The notes beneath the pieces are model-generated. The model was not told the origin of the DNA and made no database searches. It saw only the letters and a list, made by a program, of their open reading frames with translations. The position numbers and the translations under genes were made by a program. Below are positions 56,799 through 64,000 of a stretch of DNA of 64,000 nt, one piece after another; the first letter of the stretch is position 1, and each line of letters begins with the position of its first letter. The stretch is from Candidatus Zixiibacteriota bacterium (GTDB taxonomy: Bacteria > Zixibacteria > MSB-5A5 > UBA10806 > 4484-95): contig JBBIRK010000002.1 in assembly GCA_037441845.1 (NCBI GenBank), forward strand, positions 256,001-320,000, read 5' to 3'.

Positions 56799-57245
56799 GT
56801 GGTAATCCGACCGCTGGAACCGCACCGGGACGGCCGCGGCTGGCTGGTGGAGCTTTTCAGGAGTGATTGGCCCGAGGGCAGACATCGGCCGATGATGAGC
56901 TATATCTCGTTGACGGCACCGGGCGCAAGCAGAGGCCCGCATGAGCATCGGGAGCAAACCGATTATTTCTGCTTTATCGGGCCGTCGAAGTTCAGAGTCT
57001 ATTTGTGGGACAATCGACGCCAATCGCCCACAAACGGTGAATCGGCGCGAATCGATATCGACGAGAATAATCCACTTGCGATAATAATTCCCCCCGGGGT
57101 GGTCCACGCTTACAAGAATATCGGTGCTGTGCCCGGCTATGTATTCAATGCACCGGACAAACTTTATCGTGGGCCGGGACGCAGCCTGGCGGTGGACGAA
57201 ATCCGCTATGAGGACGACACGGAGAGCCGATTCGTGATGGACTGA
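56799..57245 (+). CDS. rfbC: dTDP-4-dehydrorhamnose 3,5-epimerase family cupin; true start probably upstream
   Basis: D.RGWL.E, RGPHEH..Q.D, D.R..SPT.G, IPPGV.H. Confidence 0.85.
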   Translation: MVIRPLEPHRDGRGWLVELFRSDWPEGRHRPMMSYISLTAPGASRGPHEHREQTDYFCFIGPSKFRVYLWDNRRQSPTNGESARIDIDENNPLAIIIPPGVVHAYKNIGAVPGYVFNAPDKLYRGPGRSLAVDEIRYEDDTESRFVMD

Positions 57246-57298
57246 GCTGCGGCAGAACCAATGGGATAAGCGCGAAAGCAAAAACGGCAAAAAAGCAT

Positions 57299-57326
57299 AG
57301 GCGGATCGTGAATATCCGCCTTTTTT
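57299..57326 (+). terminator. Rho-independent terminator
   Basis: AGGCGGAT/ATCCGCCT stem plus T run, between convergent rfbC and the prpD-like gene. Confidence 0.8.
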
Positions 57327-57350
57327 ATCTGCCTAAAATCGTTTGGATGT

Positions 57351-58718
57351 TCAAATTTTAAGGGCGGTCATGAATTCACGGGCGGTCAAGTTCTCGCAGG
57401 AAAATATGACGTCTTCGATTCGTTTCCGCCGGTCGGGATTGAGCAGGCTGCCGGAAAGGGCATCGAACTTGGCATTGAGGTCCTCTTCGGTCATCGGTTC
57501 GCGGGGATCGCCCTTAGGATACTCGAGATATTCGGAATATTCGCGGCCGTCGGTGGTGCGGATAACCACTTTCGACGGTTGTTTGGCGGGGAACATTTTT
57601 TCGAATTCGACGGAAGCCTCGCCCTTTATCTTGTCAATCACATCCCAGATTCGCTTATCGGCCAGTTTTTCCTCGGAGAACGAGGCGGTGGTGATTTGAC
57701 GATCGACGATGGCTGCGGCGATGCAATAGGGCAGCGAGTGATCGGCGGTCTCGCGCGATTTCGGCCGATACTTGTGGGGATCGAACAGGATGTCGCAGGC
57801 GCGGGCGATAGTGGTCACGGTAACGCTTTCGATCTGGTCGTATTTGATGTCGTTGGCTTTGACCACCTTGAGGGTGGCGCTGATATGAGTATGAGTCAGG
57901 GCCTCGGTGGGGAAAGCTTTCATGCTGCATTGCAGAATTTTGAAATCTTTGCCCAAATCTCCGATTAGTTTGGCGACCGCCCAATCGGGCCCAAACACCT
58001 GCATGAATCCCTCTTTGCCCTCGAAAACGAGCTCGGTGCCGGTGTAGCCCCGGGCCGCCATCATGGCAGCGAAAATGCCGGAGGCGGCGGCCATCGGGTC
58101 AACCGTATTTTTCATCATGGTGAGCTGGCCTGCGGTGGGGCAGCCGATCGTGTGATTGTGGCAACCGTTGATGCCGATCGCATTCACGATCTGATCGACG
58201 GTCAGCCCGAGAAGCTTGCCGGCAACCAGAGGCGATACGAATTGGGTGAGGGTGGCGTGATGCCATTTTCTTTCGCGGATCCCCGGAACGGCGAATTCGC
58301 ACAGTCGTTGTTCGAATTCGTATGCCAGCACGATACCGACCAGAACCTCTTTCATCGAAGCGTCAACCATTTCGCCGGCGGCGACGGCGGTGGGAATGAG
58401 ATCCGAGGGATGGGAAGGATCTTCTTTCCAATAGATATCGTTGAAATCGAGCGCCCGGATCATCAGGGAATTGACCAAGGCTGCGTTCACACCGGGCAGC
58501 TTGTCGCCGAAACCGATCAGAGTCGCCTCGGGCTTGCCCCCCATATCCACGCAGATCGAGCGCATGATACCGACGTCTTTGGTGTGATAGGCGCCATAGG
58601 CGCAGCCGATCGAATCGTAAAGATAACGTTTGGCTTCGTCGATAACCGCCCGGGGAAGATCGCCGTAGCGGAGACCGACCGCGAATTCGGCCATGGTTCT
58701 CGAGATCGATTTTTCCAT
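57351..58718 (-). CDS. prpD: MmgE/PrpD family dehydratase
   Basis: DSIGCA, R.LDFND, HPSD, ETADHSLPY, PKG.P..P. Confidence 0.85.
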   Translation of the reverse strand: MEKSISRTMAEFAVGLRYGDLPRAVIDEAKRYLYDSIGCAYGAYHTKDVGIMRSICVDMGGKPEATLIGFGDKLPGVNAALVNSLMIRALDFNDIYWKEDPSHPSDLIPTAVAAGEMVDASMKEVLVGIVLAYEFEQRLCEFAVPGIRERKWHHATLTQFVSPLVAGKLLGLTVDQIVNAIGINGCHNHTIGCPTAGQLTMMKNTVDPMAAASGIFAAMMAARGYTGTELVFEGKEGFMQVFGPDWAVAKLIGDLGKDFKILQCSMKAFPTEALTHTHISATLKVVKANDIKYDQIESVTVTTIARACDILFDPHKYRPKSRETADHSLPYCIAAAIVDRQITTASFSEEKLADKRIWDVIDKIKGEASVEFEKMFPAKQPSKVVIRTTDGREYSEYLEYPKGDPREPMTEEDLNAKFDALSGSLLNPDRRKRIEDVIFSCENLTAREFMTALKI

Positions 58719-58856
58719 TTCAGACCCTTTCACTAAATTTCAGGTAATTCATTTCATGTCCATTACCATGACGGATGCCGCCCAACCGAGTTACGGCAAC
58801 CATCCGCAATGAAACCGATTCATCGGGAATTCCAATCCGATCGCCTCGAAGAAAAT

Positions 58857-60839
58857 TCAAGAACGTAAATTTTTCTTGACCCATTCCTCGAGACTTCCGG
58901 CCAGAATCAGTTCCTGAGCCGCTTCGCCGATCGGACCGATCGGGTATTTTTTCCCGGAGAATTCGACGGTCGAATGTCGGAAATCGATGGTCGCCATGAC
59001 GCCGGTGCGCAGGGTCGGCTTGGCGGAACCGAATCTGGTTTTCAGTTCATCGATCAGTTCGGGGGCGTCGATGGTGAGAAAGCCGTTGTTGAGCGCGTTG
59101 CGCTTATAGGTCTCGGAAAAGGAACCGGCCAGAACCAGGGCGATCCCCTTATATTTGAGCGCGGTGGCGGCTTGTTCGCGGGAGCTGCCGGTGCCGAAAT
59201 TGTAGCCTGAGGCCAGCAGATCGCCCTTGCGGGCGATCGCTACGAATTGCGGATCGTAATTTTCCATGACCACGCCCGCCTGCTGCTCCGGGGTGAAATC
59301 GTCGATGTAGGTATATTTCCCGGGATAGATACCGTCGGTGTTCAGATTATCTTGATTGCAAAAAACGATTTCTCCGGTGAGAGTCTCGGGAAACCCCTCA
59401 ACTATTCTGACTGCGGCGGTCGTCTGTGCCTTGCGGGCGGCGATTGAAGATTTGCCCACAGGTTTCAAGTTCCCCGGAAGGCGGATATTTTCAGGCATTT
59501 CGATATAACCGGCGACTGCGGAGGCGGCTACCACAGCGGGCGAAGCGAGATATGCTTTCGAGTCCGGGGAACCCATGCGTCCCTTGAAATTTCGATTGGT
59601 AGCCGAGATGCCGACTTCACCGGCCTGCAATAAGCCCTTGCCGAGACCGATGCAGGGGCCGCAACCCGGCGGTAATGGAATAGCACCGGCATCCAGCAGA
59701 TTCCGCCAGTCGCCGCGTTTTTCGGCCTCTTCTTGGATTTCGCTCGAGGCTGCGGAAATGTAGAACTCCACGCCCGGGGCGACTTTTTTGCCGGCTACCA
59801 CGCGGGCAGCCTCGGCGATATCCTCCACCCGGCTGTTGACGCAGGAGACAAGGTAGGCTTTTTGAATCGCTATCCTCTGTTTACTAATCTGGGAAACGGG
59901 CGAGATTACTTTCACCGTATTGGGACCGCTGACATGCGGCTCGACGGATTCGAGATCGAAGACGATTTCCCGGGCATAAAAAGCATCGGGGTCAGCCGTC
60001 GGGATCTCTTTCTTGAGTTTTTCGATGCGCTCGTGGTTAAGCCGGGGATGCTTTCCGTTACCTTCGGAATCGGACGGCACGCCGGCCAGACCGCGCCTGG
60101 CGATAAAGTCAGCCCTGCGTTTGAGCCAGTCGAGAGTGATTTCGTCGATCGGAAAGATGGCTGCCAGCGCCCCCCACTCGGTGGTCATGTTGGCGATCGT
60201 GAGCCGCTGATCTATCGAAAGTCCGGCGATGCCGCCGCCGCAAAATTCGAGCGCGTGATTCAGAACCTCGTCTTTATTGAAGGTTCCGCAGAGAGCGATG
60301 ATGACATCTTTGCCGGTGACGCCGGGGCGAAGTCTGCCGGTGAATTCGATTCTGGCCACCGGCGGAACCTGCCACCAGGTTCGTGTGGTAGCCCAAATGG
60401 CGGCTGCGTCCGTGCGCACGATCGGGGTGCCGAGGCAACCGAGTCCGCCGTACATATTGGAGTGGCTGTCGGAGGCGACAACCAGTGTGCCGGGCCAGGC
60501 GTAACCCTCCTCGCACATTATTTGATGACCTATCCCCCTGCCGGCGGGGTAGAAATCGACCCCCATGTTTTCGGCGAATTCGGCGATTTTATTGTATTTG
60601 GCCAGATTCGCCTCGCTCGTGTCCTGGACATTATGATCAAGGGTGACAACCACTTGTCGAGGATCGGCGATTTTGGTGGCTCCGATGCTCTTGAATTTGG
60701 GGATAACCGCGCCGGTGTTGTCGTGAGTCATTACGTAGGCGGGGCGGATCGACAGATAGTCGCCGGCTTTCACCTGGTGATCGGCCGCAAGTCCTACGGC
60801 GAACTTCTGGGCTATTTTTTCAACGACATTTTGTCCCAT
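58857..60839 (-). CDS. lysF: Single-chain homoaconitase, fungal Lys4/LysF-like
   Basis: GQN..EKI.Q..AV.L, HDN, GRGIGHQIM.EEGYA.P, ASDSHSN.YGGLG.LGTPIVRTDAAAIWAT..TWWQ.PP, ANMTTEWGAL; Fe-S Cys in SCVNSR and CGPCIG; fused swivel domain NTDGIYPGKYTY, GSSREQA. Confidence 0.88.
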   Translation of the reverse strand: MGQNVVEKIAQKFAVGLAADHQVKAGDYLSIRPAYVMTHDNTGAVIPKFKSIGATKIADPRQVVVTLDHNVQDTSEANLAKYNKIAEFAENMGVDFYPAGRGIGHQIMCEEGYAWPGTLVVASDSHSNMYGGLGCLGTPIVRTDAAAIWATTRTWWQVPPVARIEFTGRLRPGVTGKDVIIALCGTFNKDEVLNHALEFCGGGIAGLSIDQRLTIANMTTEWGALAAIFPIDEITLDWLKRRADFIARRGLAGVPSDSEGNGKHPRLNHERIEKLKKEIPTADPDAFYAREIVFDLESVEPHVSGPNTVKVISPVSQISKQRIAIQKAYLVSCVNSRVEDIAEAARVVAGKKVAPGVEFYISAASSEIQEEAEKRGDWRNLLDAGAIPLPPGCGPCIGLGKGLLQAGEVGISATNRNFKGRMGSPDSKAYLASPAVVAASAVAGYIEMPENIRLPGNLKPVGKSSIAARKAQTTAAVRIVEGFPETLTGEIVFCNQDNLNTDGIYPGKYTYIDDFTPEQQAGVVMENYDPQFVAIARKGDLLASGYNFGTGSSREQAATALKYKGIALVLAGSFSETYKRNALNNGFLTIDAPELIDELKTRFGSAKPTLRTGVMATIDFRHSTVEFSGKKYPIGPIGEAAQELILAGSLEEWVKKNLRS

Positions 60840-61093
60840 TCTGCATGCCTCTACTCAGTAATAATCCCCGGCCGGAGTCCGCCGGCCAATAATGTTATTC
60901 CACGCATCGGCGAAAATAGGAATCGACAAAATGCAATTCAAGTAAAATCGAATGCCTTGAAAACCGCCCTATGAGTAAGAAAATAAAGGCCCGCAGCAAT
61001 GTTCAATACCGCTTCATTAAGTATCATCAAAAGTGGTCGATATCAATAAGGGGCATAAACATTTATATCGAGAATCAATTGCGGAACGATATC

Positions 61094-61585
61094 ATGTTGC
61101 CCAAACGCGACCAGAATCAGTTGATGGAAGAATTGTATCATCTGCAAAACTGCGAGATGGCGCTGGGCGTATTCTACGGCGAACTGGTGGCTTTATATCC
61201 CGAGGAGAGGTATTTCTGGGAAGAAGCCGTATCGGACGAGATAAACCACGCCCGCTGGCTGGGGAAATTGATAGTGTTGGTCAGCGGCATGATCGAATCG
61301 TTTTCACCGGGATCCTATCGCACGGAATTGCTCAAGACATTCGCCGAGGGAATATATCGGGAAGTCGATAGAATAAAGAACGGCGAGCATACGAAACGGG
61401 AAATCCTGGGATTAATTTTGAATTATGAGCGGTCTGGATTGGAGCTGAGGCCTTACGAGGTTGTTCATTCGTCTCTTCCGGAGTTTCAAGCGTTGGTGGC
61501 CTCGTTGAAACCGGAACTGGCGATTCATTGTAAAAGGCTCGTTGACTACGCCAGCCGGAAAATGCAAGTAGGCACGGGCGGTTGA
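61094..61585 (+). CDS. Ferritin-like (rubrerythrin-type) four-helix protein
   Basis: E.A...FY..L....PE...FW.....DE..HA pattern; ATG 61094 preferred over 60971. Confidence 0.65.
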   Translation: MLPKRDQNQLMEELYHLQNCEMALGVFYGELVALYPEERYFWEEAVSDEINHARWLGKLIVLVSGMIESFSPGSYRTELLKTFAEGIYREVDRIKNGEHTKREILGLILNYERSGLELRPYEVVHSSLPEFQALVASLKPELAIHCKRLVDYASRKMQVGTGG

Positions 61586-61751
61586 GCCGCTTTCGATCGT
61601 TTCATCCGCATCCAATTCTCTATTCGGTTCCGCGACGGAACCGATCGGGCTGTCAATATCACCTGAGCACATATTGATTGAATCGGCTGTCGAATTTCGC
61701 TATTTTCGGGCGAAAACAAACGCTCGACGGATAAGCACGACGGAGGAGGAG

Positions 61752-62963
61752 ATGAATTTCGAATTCACTCAGGATCATCTGGCGACCACCAAATTGAGCC
61801 GCGATTTCGCGGCCAGGAACGTTCTGCCGACGATCAGGGAAAACGACCGCAATTCGTATTTCGATAGAACGATTCTCAAGAAGATGGCGGAGGCTGATCT
61901 GCTCGGGATCTGTTTCCCCGAAAAATACGGCGGCGCGGGATTGGATTATATATGTTTGGGGCTTGCCTGCGAGGAACTTGAATACGCGGATACCTCGGCG
62001 AGGGTGATACTCTCGGTTCATATCGGGCTCAATTCGCTTACGCTTTTGTCGTGGGGAAACGCGCAACAAAAAGAAAAGTATCTGGTTCCTCAGGTCAATG
62101 GCGAAAAAATCGGCAGTTTCGGATTGACCGAGCCGAACGCCGGATCGGATGTGGTCGGGATTCAATCCACGGCTGTCAAGCGGGGCGGCAAATACATTTT
62201 GAACGGCGAAAAGATGTGGATAAGCCTGGGGGACGTGGCCGATAATTTTCTGGTGTTCGCCTGGACCGATCAGGAAAAAAAGCGGGCCAGGGATCACCGG
62301 GGAATGTCGGCTTTTATAGTGGAACGCGCTTTTCCCGGAGTGACCACCGGCACTATCCACGGCAAGCTGGGAGTAAGAGCAGGCAACACCGGCTGGATAT
62401 CGATGCAGGACGTCGAGGTGCCGGAAGAGAATCTGCTTGGGCATGAGGGGGAAGGATTCGGAATCGCCATGTTTTGTTTGGAACAGGGGCGTTACACGGT
62501 GGCGGCGGGATCCACAGGGCTTATCAAGGCCTGTCTTGACGCCTGCGTGAACTATTCCCAATCGCGTCGCACGTTCGAGGCGCCGATCGGAGAGCATCAA
62601 TTGGTGAAGGAGATGATCGCCGGTATGGCGGCGGGGTACGAATTTTCCCGCTTGCTGTGGCTGAAAGCGGGCTGGATGCGCAACGCCGGTATCCGCTGCA
62701 CGCGCGAGACGGCGTTGGCCAAATGGATAGCCTGTCAGGAGGCCGAAAAAGCTGCGGCGGATGCGGTTCAGGTCCACGGCGCTTACGGGTTCTCCGACGA
62801 ATATCCGGTCGAGCGGTTTTACCGCAATGCCAAAGGTGCATCGATATACGAAGGAACAAGAGAGATCCAGAAATTGATGCAGGCCGATTACGCGCTCGGA
62901 ATCAGACAAGATAAGCCGCGCAGAGTGAATCTCCCCCGCTGGCCGTTCGAGGAAAACGTGTGA
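61752..62963 (+). CDS. Acyl-CoA dehydrogenase (possibly non-decarboxylating glutaryl-CoA type)
   Basis: FGLTEPNAGSD, LNGEK.WI, KLG.RA, Q.HG.YG.S.EYPVER.YR, IYEGT.EI; GGAGGAGG RBS. Confidence 0.92.
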   Translation: MNFEFTQDHLATTKLSRDFAARNVLPTIRENDRNSYFDRTILKKMAEADLLGICFPEKYGGAGLDYICLGLACEELEYADTSARVILSVHIGLNSLTLLSWGNAQQKEKYLVPQVNGEKIGSFGLTEPNAGSDVVGIQSTAVKRGGKYILNGEKMWISLGDVADNFLVFAWTDQEKKRARDHRGMSAFIVERAFPGVTTGTIHGKLGVRAGNTGWISMQDVEVPEENLLGHEGEGFGIAMFCLEQGRYTVAAGSTGLIKACLDACVNYSQSRRTFEAPIGEHQLVKEMIAGMAAGYEFSRLLWLKAGWMRNAGIRCTRETALAKWIACQEAEKAAADAVQVHGAYGFSDEYPVERFYRNAKGASIYEGTREIQKLMQADYALGIRQDKPRRVNLPRWPFEENV

Positions 62964-63457
62964 GCGAAACCGCGGAAACGACGATCCTCGAAATCGAGGA
63001 AAAAGATAGGGAATGGATCCGGGCGATAATGGCCGGAACCTGGGGAAGCAGCATTATTATAAGCCGGGGGAAGAAGCATCTTGCGGATCGATATCCCGGG
63101 TTCATTGCGAAACGGAATAATCGGAATTGCGGGTTTGCCGTTTATGAAATTATAGAAGGGCAGTGCGAGTTAGTCGCCATGCGCAGCCTGATGGAGGGGG
63201 AAGGAATCGGAACGTTGTTGCTGAAAGCGGTGGAAGAAAAGGCGTTGCAAAAACGATGTCGCCGGCTCTGGCTGGTGACGACCAACGACAACATTCCGGC
63301 GCTCGAATTCTACGGCAAGCGTGGATTCAGGCAAGTGGCGGTTCATAAAGATGCGGTGACTGGATATCGCAAGCTCAAGCCCGAGATACCACTTTACGGA
63401 CACGGCGGCATACCGATAAGAGATGAAATCGAACTGGAGATCGATTTAGGCCGATAG
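62960..63457 (+). CDS. GNAT family N-acetyltransferase
   Basis: GIGT.LL and L.TTNDN..AL.FY.KRGF. Confidence 0.88.
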   Translation: MSETAETTILEIEEKDREWIRAIMAGTWGSSIIISRGKKHLADRYPGFIAKRNNRNCGFAVYEIIEGQCELVAMRSLMEGEGIGTLLLKAVEEKALQKRCRRLWLVTTNDNIPALEFYGKRGFRQVAVHKDAVTGYRKLKPEIPLYGHGGIPIRDEIELEIDLGR

Positions 63458-63529
63458 GCGGAATCGATGCGAAAAATCGAGGATCGACATTTCGCTGGAA
63501 CGTGGTCGAAAATTTCGAAAAGATGGCGA

Positions 63530-64000
63530 TCAATCGGGCGGCAGTTCGATATCTTTCCAGGCCAGAGTGGCTTTGCCGGTTTTCAAGTTGAAAAAGTCGA
63601 GCAGCATCTGCCGGCAATCGTTTCGGGCGACACCGCTGACGATTTCGACGCCCGCCTGCCTTAGAAAATCGAATCTGGAGCCGCCGGCGCCTTTGAGAAT
63701 GTCACGTTCGCCGAACACGACTTTTTTCATGCCGTAGTGGATTATGGCTCCGGCGCACATCGCGCAAGGCTCGAGAGTCGAATAAATCACGACGTCATCG
63801 AGCACGAAATCATCGCCGATTAAACCCGAAAGGTCACCCAGGCAATCGATCTCGGCGTGGCGCGTGATATCGATCGCCTGAATGCGGCGATTGTGGCCGT
63901 AAGCGACGATGCGGCCGTCTTTGACCGCCACCGCGCCTATGGGAACCTCACTTTCAGCAAGCCCCCGCCGGGCCTGATTGATCGCCTCCTGCATGAAAAA
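63530..64000 (-). CDS. tadA: tRNA adenosine deaminase (TadA)-like deaminase; 5' end probably beyond the window
   Basis: EVPIGAV, HAE, TLEPCAMC.GA; reading frame stays open to the window edge. Confidence 0.85.
   Translation of the reverse strand, partial: FFMQEAINQARRGLAESEVPIGAVAVKDGRIVAYGHNRRIQAIDITRHAEIDCLGDLSGLIGDDFVLDDVVIYSTLEPCAMCAGAIIHYGMKKVVFGERDILKGAGGSRFDFLRQAGVEIVSGVARNDCRQMLLDFFNLKTGKATLAWKDIELPPD

Overview
This is a gene-dense bacterial chromosomal window of moderate-to-high GC with no transposase, integrase, prophage or CRISPR array. SprA, a PorV-family barrel, a T9SS-type C-terminal sorting domain and type-2 IleRS point to an FCB-group lineage outside classical Bacteroidota (for example Zixibacteria-like; this is inference only). 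In order it holds: tilS (partial); a Lys-rich zinc-finger protein; a secreted reeler/CTD protein; a dinB-dnaE2-Zn-ribbon mutagenesis cassette; tolQR plus tolA/tonB; gltX, sixA, rpmB and tRNA-Gln(CTG); PEP carboxykinase; porV-like; an 873-aa coiled-coil protein; yggS-divIVA-PNP-ileS-dksA-lspA-rluD; an FHA/phosphoesterase/CHASE2-kinase module; dusB and etfA; a murB-sprA-M28(QC)-DUF4097-barrel/SppA-M16-M16 operon; recG; rfbBADC; prpD-like plus fungal-type homoaconitase; a ferritin-like protein, acyl-CoA dehydrogenase, GNAT and tadA (partial). Five items stand out. (1) The Pol IV has a Leu steric gate, is coupled to DnaE2, and sits behind a perfect palindromic operator over its -10 box. (2) A Lys4-like single-chain homoaconitase is paired with a PrpD-family dehydratase. 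(3) The T9SS-translocon operon is packed with protein-maturation enzymes, and three of its members show Gln right after the signal peptide. (4) A 73-nt hairpin RNA lies between a promoter and tRNA-Gln. (5) Three intergenic degenerate arrays of about 20-bp units each end in a REP-like hairpin. All calls come from motif recognition by eye; no database searches were run.
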